The notes under the pieces are model-generated. The model was given only the letters and a program-made list of their open reading frames with translations. It was not told where the DNA came from and searched no databases. A program made the translations under genes and the position numbers. Below, piece by piece: positions 27,431 to 38,400 of a stretch of DNA of 44,573 nt (its first letter is position 1; the number at the start of each line of letters is the position of its first letter). The stretch is from a candidate division WOR-3 bacterium (GTDB lineage: Bacteria; Hydrothermota; Tepidihabitantia; B3-TA06). The stretch lies in the NCBI GenBank assembly GCA_965649265.1, contig CBFGKC010000007.1:135594-180166 (forward strand). Reading direction: 5' to 3'.

Positions 27431-28690
27431 CTACCTGGCCCTGGGCAGTTCGTCCCACCGGGTGGTGTAGGCAGGCGAGAGGTAGTTCTGGTTCATGTAC
27501 CATCTTTCCGCGCTCTCGGTGCCCACTCGCACCGTCTGCGGCCCGTATTTCCTGTTGATGAAGTCCATCACCCTCATCTTTCGTTTCGAGCGTCCTCCGT
27601 ACCCTGCATCGGCAAAAAGACCAAGCTGCTGGCGGTTTTCCGGCATAAGGTCGAGGAGCATGACGCCGGCTTTCATGTAGCGGTAGCCTTCTTTGAAGAT
27701 TTGCTTCAGCGCGGCGGTGCCGACAGTGATCAGTGTGGACGTATCGGCCGTATACTCGCTCAGCTTGACCGTTATGGAGTTGCCGTAGTAGGGCTCGTCG
27801 GCGTGAGGGCTCGAGTTCAGGAAAACCATGATGCAGCGAGCAAGACTTGCCTGATCACGCAGCTTCTCACCTGCGCGGGCTATATAGCCCGAAACGAGTC
27901 CCCGCATCTGGTTGTAGTCGGTGACCCTTTCGCGGAAGCTGCGGGAAACCATTATCTGCTTGCGGCAAGGCAGGTCCTCTAGTTCTATAGCGCTTTCGCC
28001 GCAGAGTTCGCGCGCGGTGCGTTCGAGCACTACGTTGAACTTCGAGCGAACCCAGCGCGGGTCCTGCGCTGCCAGGTCAGAGGCCGTTCTTATACCGCAG
28101 GCCTTCAACTTTTCGGCCCAGCGCCTGCCTACGCCCCAGATGTCAGCGACATCCGTTTTACCGAGCGCGTCTCGTATCTTTTCGGTGGAGTCGAATACGT
28201 GTCCCCCCCCTCCCCCGCTCTCCGAGCGCTTCTTTGCAACCCTGGCCGCGAGCTTGGCGAGCGTCTTGGTTGCGCCTACTCCTATGGAGACGGGCAGGCC
28301 CGTCCACTTGAGGACCGTCTCGCGCGCCTTGCGCGCGTGGGACTCGAGGGACGATCTGGGAAAACCTTCAAGCCCGAGGAATGCCTCGTCTATGGAGTAT
28401 ATCTCGAGATCGGGCGTGAACTGCAAGAGTATCCGCATGACGCGGGCGGACATGTCGGCGTAAAGGGGATAATTCGAGGAAAAGACCTTCACCCTGTGCT
28501 CGACAATGAAATCCCGCCATTCGAACTCCGGAACCGCCATCGGGATGCCGAGCGCCTTTGCCTCCTCGGAGCGGGCGATGATGATGCCGTCGTTGTTGGA
28601 GAGCACGACTATCGGGACCTTTGCAAGCGACGGCCGGAACACCCTTTCGCATGAGGCGTAGAAATTGTTGCAGTCTACAAGCGCGAACAT
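27431..28690 (-). CDS. umuC: Y-family DNA polymerase V catalytic subunit
   Basis: [42 protein letters not shown]-terminal '[13 protein letters not shown]' (DUF4113). Start set at ATG 28690. Confidence 0.95.
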   Translation of the reverse strand: MFALVDCNNFYASCERVFRPSLAKVPIVVLSNNDGIIIARSEEAKALGIPMAVPEFEWRDFIVEHRVKVFSSNYPLYADMSARVMRILLQFTPDLEIYSIDEAFLGLEGFPRSSLESHARKARETVLKWTGLPVSIGVGATKTLAKLAARVAKKRSESGGGGGHVFDSTEKIRDALGKTDVADIWGVGRRWAEKLKACGIRTASDLAAQDPRWVRSKFNVVLERTARELCGESAIELEDLPCRKQIMVSRSFRERVTDYNQMRGLVSGYIARAGEKLRDQASLARCIMVFLNSSPHADEPYYGNSITVKLSEYTADTSTLITVGTAALKQIFKEGYRYMKAGVMLLDLMPENRQQLGLFADAGYGGRSKRKMRVMDFINRKYGPQTVRVGTESAERWYMNQNYLSPAYTTRWDELPRAR

Positions 28691-28706
28691 GTCACACCGC
28701 GTGTGT

Positions 28707-29201
28707 TCACACAGCGTGGATGACGCTCGTGACAACGCCCCATATTTGAAGCTCCGAGGTCACGGGGATGTCGGGGTAGTCGGGGTTCTCGGCGGCAAGC
28801 CTTAGCCCGCCCCGGCCAAGGACGAGCCGCTTGACGGTCAGCTCGCCCTCGAGTATGGCGATCACGACCTTTCCGTGGGCGGGTTCGAGCGAGCGGTCGA
28901 CCACGAGTATGTCGCCCGGGTAAATGCCCGCGCCCGTCATCGAGTAGCCTGACGCGCGGACAAAGAACGTGGCATCCCTGTGTTTGACGAGCAATTGATT
29001 CAGGTCGAGGTATTCTTCGATGAAATCGTCGGCTGGCGACGGAAAACCGGCGGAAACCCTGCCCCCGAACAGCGGGAGACCCGCTTTAGTGAACTCCCGC
29101 ATATCAGCGCCTGCCGGGGACGCGCTTACACCATCCCCGGCAAGGCCCCCATAAACGACCCCTTGTTCCACCAACCGCCGGATCTTTTCTAATCTGGACA
29201 T
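28707..29201 (-). CDS. umuD: UmuD (S24 autopeptidase)
   Basis: Cleavage site SAGFPSPA, catalytic G.SM and TVKRL. ATG 29201 after AGGAG. Confidence 0.93.
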   Translation of the reverse strand: MSRLEKIRRLVEQGVVYGGLAGDGVSASPAGADMREFTKAGLPLFGGRVSAGFPSPADDFIEEYLDLNQLLVKHRDATFFVRASGYSMTGAGIYPGDILVVDRSLEPAHGKVVIAILEGELTVKRLVLGRGGLRLAAENPDYPDIPVTSELQIWGVVTSVIHAV

Positions 29202-29211
29202 GGCATTCTCC

Positions 29212-29254
29212 TGTTTGTATACATCAGTATACGCAAACAGATGTTTCCTGTCAA
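29212..29254 (-). promoter_or_regulatory. umuDC promoter TTGACA-17-TATACT with overlapping palindromic operator candidate
   Basis: AAAC-N4-GTTT in the spacer (29235-29246); imperfect palindrome TGTTTGTATAC...GTATACGCAAACA over the -10/+1. Confidence 0.7.
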
Positions 29255-29285
29255 GCCCCCGCCCACATCCCGCCGGTGGAATTCC

Positions 29286-29388
29286 ATTCCGCCAATGCGT
29301 CCTGCCGCTCCTCCTTTGATCGACAATAATGGAATCGCAGAAGACCATAGGCTTCTGCCAATGCGCCTCCGGCGCTCGCCCCCCTCAG
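29286..29388 (-). repeat. ~100-bp imperfect inverted repeat, right of umuDC
   Basis: Mirror of 26857-26953; same family as 1-108. Confidence 0.8.
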
Positions 29389-29390
29389 AT

Positions 29391-29630
29391 ATGATGATAA
29401 CGACTCAGATCGGTTCGGAGGTTACCCTTCACTACTCCAACTGCGCAGAAGGTTTGCGGGCGCAGGTCTACGACGCAGGGGGGAGGAGGGTGGACGAGAT
29501 ACAATCACCCCAAACTCAGGGTGTAATCTATCTAATGGGGAGGGGCGCGGGTGTTACGGGCCTGGGGCCTATTTTATTGTCGCGGAGGCTTCAAAGGCTA
29601 GGGGCGTCAAAAGTAATCCTGGTGAGATAA
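29391..29630 (+). pseudogene. Orphan, frameshifted T9SS C-terminal-domain remnant
   Basis: 'GSEVTLHYSN...VYDAGGRRVDEI...KVILVR*' in one frame and 'GPGAYFIV' in a shifted frame. No signal peptide or cargo domain. Confidence 0.7.
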
Positions 29631-29727
29631 AACTAAGGTACATTCGCTCCGCGAATAGATTGTTTCGGTCGCTTGAAGCGACCCTCGCAACGACTTAAGG
29701 TGTCTTCACGTAGCAGCGATCTGTGGT

Positions 29728-29758
29728 CCCCATAAAAACACTTCGTGTTTTTATGGGG
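29728..29758. terminator. Perfect hairpin overlapping the stop of the cyclase-like gene
   Basis: CCCCATAAAAACAC-TTC-GTGTTTTTATGGGG. Confidence 0.55.
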
Positions 29759-32700
29759 TGTTAAGTATTTCCTTGTTGAAAGGCCTTGAAAGATAAGCGT
29801 GTCGCAGGTCGTTGTCGGCGATGTTCTCGGCGGTCTCGGTGAGCATCTTCTTCGCCCGGCTGAGGTATTCGCGGTACCCGCCGTCGCCGAGCTTCTCCAT
29901 GGCCTGTCCAATGCGAAAATATATCTCCCTGAGCGCGGAGAGGCTGTCAGTCTCCCTGACCTTCTCCTCGGCCTTGCGGAACTCTGAAAGCGCCTCAGCG
30001 GGCATATTCTTTTTGAAAAGCAGTTCGCCGCGAGCGATATCGATGGAGATGAGGTAGTCGGTAAGCGAATTCTTGAGCGCGTATTCCTCGACCTCGGCAA
30101 GCAGCGCCGACGCCTCATCATGGCGGCCGAGTTCGATGAGGAAGTCGGCCTTGACGAGTCTTGCGCCCATCTCCTTTATCTTGCTCTGCACCTCGCCGAA
30201 TATCCTGATGGCGGTATCGATCGATTCGAACGCCCTGTCGGGGTCGTCCTCCTCCCAGTAAAGCCTCGCGTAGCTCTCGTTGGCCCAGCCATGGCCGAGC
30301 TTGTTGTTGATGAGCTTGTTGAGCTTCTGGTAGCGGTCGAAGTACATTCGCGCCATATCGTATTTACCAAGTCCAAGGTACTCGGCGCCCAGGTTGAAGC
30401 TCGATATGGCCTCGCTCAGCGCGCTTCCGGTCCTAGTTGCAATCTCGAGCGACTTTTCGAGATACTCGATGCAGCGAATGAAGTCGCCCTTCTCGTGAAA
30501 GTAGTTGACGCAGTTGTTGTAAACTGTGCCGAGGCCGGAAAGATCATCTTCCTCGGTAAATATCTTCTCGGACTTCTTATAGTACTGGTAGGACTCCTCC
30601 ATCTGCCCGGTCCGGGTCTTGACGGCGGCGATGATGTTGTAGGTGCTCGCGGTGGAAAGGTTGCGTTCGCTCGCGTTTTTAAGGAGCGAAGCTTCGGCGA
30701 GCGCCCTGTCTGTGTATTCGAGAGCGAGAGAAAAGTCTCCCATGAGATAATTGATCCAGGCGATGTGATGGTAGACGGTCTGCATCTCCTGATGGTACTT
30801 CTCTTTCTCCGCGTCCGCAAGCACGAGTTCATCCAGTTCGTCGAGTTTCGCCTTGCTTTTGTGCAGGTGTTCGAGCGCCTGCGGATACATGCTCTGTTTC
30901 TGATACGTGTCGCCCGTTTTTCTGATTATCCTTGCCTGTATAAGAGCATCGGAGGTAATATCGAGAATCCTCGTGTAGTTCTCAATGGAATCGGCGTTCT
31001 TACCCAGGGTTTTATATATGTCGCCCATCGATTCGTAGGCGGCAATGAGCGCATTCCGGTCCTTGCTGAAATCCTGGTCCGCAATCCTGATTATGCCCCT
31101 GTAATAGCCGAGCGCATCCTCGTTTGCGTAGGCGGCCTTGGCCTTTTTCCCCGCCCTGAGTAGCCAGGATACCGCCGAATCGTAGTCATCGCTCGCCGCG
31201 TACTGCTGCGCAATCAGACCGACGAAGTCCTCTATCCTGTCCTTGTAGAGTTCCTCCATTGCAGCCGCAACAATCCGGTGAAGCTTCCTTCTCTTGCTTT
31301 CGATGAGGGTGGAATACGTAACCTGCTGAATGAGAGGATGCTTGAACATGTACTCACTGTCCTTTGCCGGACGCGCCGCCGTCAGCAGCTCGAGTATGAA
31401 TTCAAACTCCTCTAGCGTCGCGAGATACTCCTTAAGGCGCTCTCTGTCATCGTGAATCTCGGCAAGAATGCTTCTGTAGAACGTCCTGCCGATCACGGAA
31501 GCCATCTGCAAAACTACCTTCAGATTTTCCTCGAGCCTGTCGAGCCTTGAGGCTATGACGAGTTGTATGGTGTCGGGTATTTCTATTTCCTCGACCTTGC
31601 GCCCCAGATTCCACATCCCGTCTTCGAAAACGAGAGTTCCTGAGTCTATGAGCGATTTGATTATCTCCTCGAGAAAGAAAGGGTTGCCCGCAGCCTTTGC
31701 AAGCACCTTTCTCTTGAAGCTCTCGGGAAAACCGGGTATCTCCAGAAGGTTGTACGTAAGCTCAAGACTAGAGTAATTATCCAGAGGATTGAGCTTTACT
31801 TCGGTGAAAGCGGTTCCCCAAACCTTCCTGAACTCTTCCTTTACCGCGTAGGATTGTTGCCCCTTCATCTCCCTGGTCAGGCAAAAGAGCATTATGCCCG
31901 GCAAGTCAGGCGAATCCTCGGACCCGAACATGAACTTTACGAAGGCAAGGGAGGCGGAGTCTATCCAGTGATAGTCTTCTATTGCGAGAAGCAACGGCGT
32001 TTTCGTCGAAATTGCCTCAAGCAGCGCCCTGATGCCGCCCAGAGCCTTGATCTGAAGGTCCATTGGGGAAAGATGCCTGACCTTTTCGAGAAGCTCTCCT
32101 TCAAGCTCGAGCGAGAAGAGGTGGGCGATATATGGGACAACGTCGTCCCATGAATCAGGGAGAAGTTTTTTTGCGGTATCCGTGATTTTTTTCTTGATTA
32201 GTTCTTGAGTGTCCTTGTCGGTTATCGAGAAGACCTGCTCAAGGATCTGCAAAAGCGGCCAGTACGAAAGGTGCTCACCGTGATATACACACTGTCCCTC
32301 AAGTATCATGGTATCGAATGCCTCGTCGTCAATGAAATCCCTTGTCTCCTGCCAGATTCTCGATTTCCCTATTCCTGCTTCGCCTGTCACAAAAACCACT
32401 CCCGACTTACCCGCACTCAAATCCCTAACTTTTTCCTTTATCGAATCAAGCTCGGTACCCCTGCCCACAAGAGGCGAGTAAAGCCCTTTGATACCCCTCT
32501 TGGCTTCAGGCCTTTCTCTTATCTTTACGGGTTCGTATGCCTTTACCGGACTGTCAATCCCTTTGATGGAAACCTCCTCCTCCCCCTCGTATTCAACGAG
32601 ATATTTCGTGGCCCTGTATACCTGCTCGGAAACCAGAACCTTGCCTCTTTGAGCAAAATCCTTAAGACCGGAACTCAAATCCATAACATCACCCCTGATA

Positions 32701-33083
32701 TCAAATTCTTTCTTTTCGGGCGTTCCTGTCTCGCTTACCACGGCCAGACCGGAATGTATGCCTGCCCGCATCGCAGGGGCTGGAATCGACCCGGTACCCG
32801 TTTCTTTCCGGAAATGGGGCAAGGCGAGAAGCTCAAGCGCCGTTCGGACCGCTCTCTCAGGCGCGTCCTCGTAAGTCAATGGAAACCCGAAAAGGCAAAT
32901 AAGAGAACCGTCTTTTTGTTCGTGAATTATACCCCCATTCTTAATGACCACGGAGTCGATCCGTTGAAAGTATGTTTCGGCTATATCCGTACGTTCTTTC
33001 TGGCTTGATTCAATGCAATAGGGAAATTCGGCAAAGAGAACGGTTATGAACTTCTGCTCTGCTTTTTTGCCCTGTAAATCCAT
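29751..33083 (-). CDS. Class III cyclase-like domain (degenerate) - AAA/STAND NTPase - TPR protein
   Basis: 'ITVLFAE', 'FGFP..YEDAPERAV..AL', 'MRAGIHSG'; 'LVGRGTEL', GEAGIGKS, IEDYHWID, GNPFFLEE, FKHPL; C-terminal TPRs. Promoter TTGACA-16-TATCAT at 33162-33189. Confidence 0.9.
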   Translation of the reverse strand: MDLQGKKAEQKFITVLFAEFPYCIESSQKERTDIAETYFQRIDSVVIKNGGIIHEQKDGSLICLFGFPLTYEDAPERAVRTALELLALPHFRKETGTGSIPAPAMRAGIHSGLAVVSETGTPEKKEFDIRGDVMDLSSGLKDFAQRGKVLVSEQVYRATKYLVEYEGEEEVSIKGIDSPVKAYEPVKIRERPEAKRGIKGLYSPLVGRGTELDSIKEKVRDLSAGKSGVVFVTGEAGIGKSRIWQETRDFIDDEAFDTMILEGQCVYHGEHLSYWPLLQILEQVFSITDKDTQELIKKKITDTAKKLLPDSWDDVVPYIAHLFSLELEGELLEKVRHLSPMDLQIKALGGIRALLEAISTKTPLLLAIEDYHWIDSASLAFVKFMFGSEDSPDLPGIMLFCLTREMKGQQSYAVKEEFRKVWGTAFTEVKLNPLDNYSSLELTYNLLEIPGFPESFKRKVLAKAAGNPFFLEEIIKSLIDSGTLVFEDGMWNLGRKVEEIEIPDTIQLVIASRLDRLEENLKVVLQMASVIGRTFYRSILAEIHDDRERLKEYLATLEEFEFILELLTAARPAKDSEYMFKHPLIQQVTYSTLIESKRRKLHRIVAAAMEELYKDRIEDFVGLIAQQYAASDDYDSAVSWLLRAGKKAKAAYANEDALGYYRGIIRIADQDFSKDRNALIAAYESMGDIYKTLGKNADSIENYTRILDITSDALIQARIIRKTGDTYQKQSMYPQALEHLHKSKAKLDELDELVLADAEKEKYHQEMQTVYHHIAWINYLMGDFSLALEYTDRALAEASLLKNASERNLSTASTYNIIAAVKTRTGQMEESYQYYKKSEKIFTEEDDLSGLGTVYNNCVNYFHEKGDFIRCIEYLEKSLEIATRTGSALSEAISSFNLGAEYLGLGKYDMARMYFDRYQKLNKLINNKLGHGWANESYARLYWEEDDPDRAFESIDTAIRIFGEVQSKIKEMGARLVKADFLIELGRHDEASALLAEVEEYALKNSLTDYLISIDIARGELLFKKNMPAEALSEFRKAEEKVRETDSLSALREIYFRIGQAMEKLGDGGYREYLSRAKKMLTETAENIADNDLRHAYLSRPFNKEILNTP

Positions 33084-33202
33084 TATAAAAATGGCCTCCT
33101 GTTGCGGTCATTTGTTTAATTCTCGACTATCCTCAGCTTCACTTCTAACCTTTTGAATTAAATGATAGCAAACATGAACTGTTTGTCAAGCCGTCACAGG
33201 TA

Positions 33203-35125
33203 TTATCTGAGTATAACGAACTTTCTTGAAATCGACTCCCCGGGAACCTCGAGTACCACGAAGTAGACTCCCCCGGCAAGATCGCCGAGATTAAGGACCC
33301 CCTCCCCCATCACGTCGAATACCCTCTCGCGCCTGCCGGATGCGTCGTATACGCCGAGGGATGCCCGGTCGCAGATACCGAGAGAGTAACGCACCGTGCT
33401 GCCGGATATCTCCAGGACGGTGCCGCCGGAAAGCTGCTGTTCCCCCTCCTCCTTCACCGACGTGGAGCCGTAGTCGATGCTCACCTCGTAAAGCATGGGC
33501 GAGTGGTCGGGGTTCCCGGAGACAAACGATACTTTATACTGCATGTACCGGGTTTGCTGGACGACCGCCGTGTTTAGCGACGAAGGCTTTGTGATCTCCG
33601 GGCAATCTTCCCAGGCCGGCCAGTTGGCCGGGTCGTTTGACGTGCGAATCCTGAAACCAACGCGAGTCTTGTATAAACGCGAGGTGTCGACGTTCCAGTC
33701 TATCTTGTTCCAGAAGGAGGGTTCTCCGGCATCAAATATGGATGACGTAAGCTCGCCATTGCTCTCAAAACGCTCAAACAGGTCCCACCAGTCGGTGCTT
33801 CGCCCTGGATTGTGGGTCGAGGTAACGAGATCCAGAAGGCCGTTGCCGTCTATATCGCCCACCTGAAGATCGCAGGACTGCGGGTAATTCGCGAACCTGT
33901 GATAGTCGAAGTGTTCATTGCCGTTGTTTTCGAACCAGCCGAGCCAGCCGGCTTTACCGTTGGTGTCCGAGTATGTGGGACCGAAATATGACTGGATGAT
34001 ATCTACATCAGCGTCGTAGTCTATGTCGATTGCGACCACACCCTCTGGATTCCTGGATTCGGGCGTGTATAGCCTGTGCATGATGAAGCCGTCGGGCAGA
34101 TCGTTCTCCCACCATTGGGGATAAGTTACCGAATCGTCTACATTGGTCACGACTATGTCTTTTTTACCGTCTTTGTTGACGTCGGCTATCCAGTCATAGA
34201 GGTTTTTCCTCGTCGTATCCAGAGGATGAGGCACGAAACCGGAATCAGGACCTATCTGTGTAATCTGGTTTTCCATCCAGTAAGTTCCCCAATAACCTGT
34301 CGCAGGTATCACCTGGCGATTGTAAAAAAAGCCGCTGACCAGGAAATCTATATCGCCGTCATTGTCAAGATCACCGGTATGAATCCTTCTTGCCGCATTC
34401 CCTTCGAAAGCCTGTTTGTGAGGGATAAAGTGTTCGTTGGTTCCGTCATTTTCGAACCACAACTCCGGTCCGGCCGGAGTCTGCTCCCTGTGATGCTTGG
34501 TGGCGACCACATCAATGTCGCCGTCTGAATCGAAATCCGCGGCCGCCACCTGGTGAACCCCTTTAAAGTAGCCTACCTGAGAGTATTGTGTAAAGTCGCC
34601 GCTGCCGTTGTTAAGATATAGATAGATCCAGCCGCTGCCGTAATCACCGATCACGGCATCCGCAAATCCGTCATTGTTGAAGTCCGCCAGATCGTAACCC
34701 AGATATGCCGAACCTGCGGGGTAAACCTGTCGACTGTAGTAAAATTTCCCCTCGCCGTTATTAGGAAACCACGAAATACCGTCCACGCTTGAAAGCACCA
34801 CATCATAATTCGCTCTTGAGATATCGGATGAGTCTTTGTTTTTCGGGCCGCCCAGGTCGGCTATCTCTATCTTTTTATCAAGCTGAGAGTTATTTTCCCA
34901 TATGTGATGTTTTTCGGGCGAGCTGGAAAGTACTATACTCAGTGAAAGCCTTTTTGGCTGGTAGAAATAGTTTATTCCACTTGACTCATAGAATGCTGAA
35001 CCAAAGTCTTCCACCGGTCCGAGGGTCCCCGGCCCGGCCTGCCAATCGTTCTGAGTTACACTCTTGCCCTCAAGAAAAAAACATAAGATCACCGATAGTA
35101 TCAAAACAACACTCGAGTGTTTCAT
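33203..35125 (-). CDS. Secreted FG-GAP/VCBS repeat protein with T9SS-type C-terminal domain
   Basis: Signal peptide; repeated DxDxDGxxD motifs; 'YDASGRR...GVYFV...KFVILR'. Promoter TTGACG-16-TATAAT at 35201-35228. Confidence 0.9.
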   Translation of the reverse strand: MKHSSVVLILSVILCFFLEGKSVTQNDWQAGPGTLGPVEDFGSAFYESSGINYFYQPKRLSLSIVLSSSPEKHHIWENNSQLDKKIEIADLGGPKNKDSSDISRANYDVVLSSVDGISWFPNNGEGKFYYSRQVYPAGSAYLGYDLADFNNDGFADAVIGDYGSGWIYLYLNNGSGDFTQYSQVGYFKGVHQVAAADFDSDGDIDVVATKHHREQTPAGPELWFENDGTNEHFIPHKQAFEGNAARRIHTGDLDNDGDIDFLVSGFFYNRQVIPATGYWGTYWMENQITQIGPDSGFVPHPLDTTRKNLYDWIADVNKDGKKDIVVTNVDDSVTYPQWWENDLPDGFIMHRLYTPESRNPEGVVAIDIDYDADVDIIQSYFGPTYSDTNGKAGWLGWFENNGNEHFDYHRFANYPQSCDLQVGDIDGNGLLDLVTSTHNPGRSTDWWDLFERFESNGELTSSIFDAGEPSFWNKIDWNVDTSRLYKTRVGFRIRTSNDPANWPAWEDCPEITKPSSLNTAVVQQTRYMQYKVSFVSGNPDHSPMLYEVSIDYGSTSVKEEGEQQLSGGTVLEISGSTVRYSLGICDRASLGVYDASGRRERVFDVMGEGVLNLGDLAGGVYFVVLEVPGESISRKFVILR

Positions 35126-35376
35126 TGCTCCCTCCAGTTATAAAGCAAAACCCGCTAAGTGCAATTTCACATGTGGACCTTCCGGCCCACCTTCAATTTG
35201 ATTATAAATACCTCGGTTTCGTCGTCAAGCTTATGCTAATACATACAAATGATGTTTAACGATACTAGACATATGTTTATATTTGTTTTATTCAGAAAGC
35301 AAAACATTTATGATTTTATAATATCTTAAGATAGCATCCGACTTTTCTCGGCCGTCTCTTATGGGTACTGACGGTA

Positions 35377-35404
35377 TTGACTATATCCCCGGTAGTATTA
35401 TAAT
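35377..35404 (+). promoter_or_regulatory. sigma70-like promoter TTGACT-16-TATAAT
   Basis: Upstream of the RBS AAGGAG and TTG 35441. Confidence 0.75.
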
Positions 35405-35440
35405 TTCTTAGTGGAGGATAGTATCTACTGAAGGAGTGAT

Positions 35441-38400
35441 TTGTCGGTAAGATTGAACAGGAATACTTCTGAGGAGCATTTAGGAGATAAAGATTCTATA
35501 TACCAGAGTCTCTATGATAACATACCGGTAGGGATATTTCGAACCGACCAGGAAGGGAAAATACTGTCAGCAAATCCTTCGCTTGTAAAAATGCTCGGGT
35601 TTTCCTCGGAAAAAGAGCTATCCGCGATTCGGGCGTTCGATATTTACCTTATCCCCGATGATGGACGCAAGATACGTGAAAGGCTCAACGTGGAGGGTTT
35701 GGTCTCCAACTTCGAAACACAGCTCAAGCGCAAGGACGATTCGATTCTCTGGGTATCCATTAATGTCCGTGCCGTAGTAAGCGAAAAAAAAGGAATCTTG
35801 TTTTACGAAGGGGTAATTGAAGACATTACCGCACGCAAAAAGACGGAAACGGCGCTAAGGGAAAGCGAGGAGCAGTACCGTTCGATGATTGATTCGATGG
35901 GTGAGGCGATACACGTTGTCGACACGGATTTGAGAATCCTTTTGATCAATCCTTCTTTCAGGAAGTGGATGAAAACCCTCGGGTTTGAAAGAAATGTTGT
36001 CGGAAAAACGATCTTTGAGGTTTTCACCTTCCTTTCCGACAAGGTCAGGAACGAATACAAACAGGTTTTCATGACGGGACAGACCTTGGTGTCCGAGGAT
36101 ACGAACGTGGTTAAGGGCGAAAAAATCATCACAGAAACGAGAAAGATACCTATACTTGAAGAAGGGAAGGTCAAGCGCGTCATTACGGTCATTGAAGAAA
36201 TCACGGAGCGCAAAAAAGCGCTTGAGGCTTTGCGGGAGTCAAACGAGAAGTATCAGAGTCTTGTGGAACGTGCAAACGAAGGGATAGCCATTGTCCAGAA
36301 CGACGAGATAGAATACGCCAATCCGAGACTGGTCGAAATGCTCGAATACGATTGCGCGAAACTCCTTTTGCACAGCAAGGTCTCCAGGCATATTCACCCC
36401 GATGTGAGGAAAACGGTAATGGAGCGATATCGTCAGCGTTTGCTTGGTGCGGAGGTCATTCCCTTGTACGAATCGGCATTGCTGACCAGGGGGGGGAGGA
36501 GAATAGAGGTGGAATTGAGTTCTGAACTTATAACGTATCAGGGAAGCCCGGCTGTCATGGTGCTCATCCATGATATCACCGAGCGCAAGAAAGCGGAGGA
36601 AGATCTTCAACGATCCAAGGAAAGGTACAGGGCAGTATCCGAGCTTACCTCAGATTATGCATATTCTCTCGCGGTTACTGCGGACGGTAAGATCACCCTG
36701 GAATGGATAACGGAAGCCTTCAACCGCCTTACCGAATTTTCCAAGGGACCGGTCAATATTCCCGATGATTTAAAGGATGTAATTCACCCTGACGACTTCG
36801 GAATTCTTGTTGAAAGCCTGAATGCGTTAGTCAGAGGCGAATCCGACGTAAGCGAATACCGCGTTATAGACAACAATGGAAATGTACATTACCTTCTCGA
36901 TTCGGCAAAACCGGTGTTCGACGAAAACGGCGTACTCGTGAGGATTTACGGTGCGGCCCAGGACATAACCGAACGTAAATTAGCAGAACAGGCTCTCAAG
37001 CTCCGCGCCGGTTTCGAAAACCTCATAGCCAACCTGTCTACCAGCTTCGTCAATCTCCCCATTGACAAAATGGATGACGGCATAAACAAGGCCTTGAAGG
37101 AAATTGGTGAATTTGCCGGTGTGGATAGAAGTTACGTATTCAGACTGCACGATAATTCGACCATGATGAGCAACACTCACGAATGGTGCACCCGTGACGT
37201 CAAACCACAAATGAAGAATCTCAAGAACCTGCCCCTTCATGCCTTCCCCTGGTTTTCCTCAAAACTCCTAATCGGTGAAACCATTTATTGTCCAAGAGTC
37301 TCTCAGCTTCCGGACGAAGCTCTTGCCGAAAAAAAAGAATGGAAAAAAGAGGAAATCAAATCGCTTGTCAACGTACCCATGCTCCTTGAAGGCAGGGTCG
37401 TCGGTTTCATAGGTTTTGATTCGGTTAAAACGGAGAAGGAGTGGCCCAAGGAAATACTCGATCTTCTGAGGATAGTCGGAGAAAGCTTCGCGAGCGCATT
37501 CGAACGAAAAAGGGCGGAGGAGGAGATAAGAGACAGGGAAATCAGGTACCGCGCGCTTTTTGAAAATGCCGGAGACGCCATAATGCTTTTAAAAGACCGG
37601 AAAGTCATAGACTGCAACTCCAAAACCCTCGATCTCTTCGGCTGTACCCGTGATCAGATTGTTAATCTTGGTCCGTACATGTTCTCTCCGAAATACCAGC
37701 CTGACGGCAGCCTTTCAAACGAATCGGAAGAACTCAAGATCGAATCCGCATTGAAAGGAAAGCAGCAGCGATTTTACTGGCGGCACATCAGGATGGACGG
37801 TTCACACTTCGACGCTGAGGTCACACTTAACCGTGTCGACATCGGAGAGGGTACAATACTTCAGAAAATCATACGCGACATAACCGAACAAAAACAGTCG
37901 GAAAGGGCACTGAAGGAATCCGAAGAGCTTTACCGCGGCCTCATTGAAACTTCTCCTGATGCAATCACTCTCACCGACTTGTCCGGAAATTTTATCATGC
38001 TCAACCACCAGGCGGCCAAGCTTTACGGAGTAAATGACGAGAATGAACTTCTCGGCAGGAATGCATTTGATTTCTTCGATCCGGAGGAAATTGATAACGC
38101 CAGGCTGGAAGTACTCTCCATTCTGCAGAAAGGGGCGGTTAAAAACATAGAGCATCTTCTGCATCGCAGCGACGGAAGCACTTACCCTGCCGAGATGAGT
38201 TCTTCCCTTGTTTTTGACGGTCAGGGAAACCCGAAGGGCCTTATCAGCGTAATAAGGGATACGAGCGAACGCAAAAAAGTCGAACAAGCCCTGATTGCAA
38301 GCGAAGCCTTGAACAGGGCCGTAATTGAGAGATCACCGCTGGGCATTTCCATTTGTGATTGCGAGGGCCATCTCATCAGCCATAACAAGGCCTGGCAGAA

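Noticed and set aside
27134-27503. Small ORFs downstream of umuC
   Set aside because: No recognisable family and weak start signals; cannot be supported.
29202-29348. Extended N-termini of umuD (also umuC 28691-28735, pgk 9128-9196, and 18214-18285)
   Set aside because: They run through promoters or overlap neighbouring genes; better starts lie downstream.
30120-33008. Long plus-strand ORFs (347 aa, 267 aa) and similar antisense ORFs elsewhere
   Set aside because: They are shadows of well-supported opposite-strand genes.
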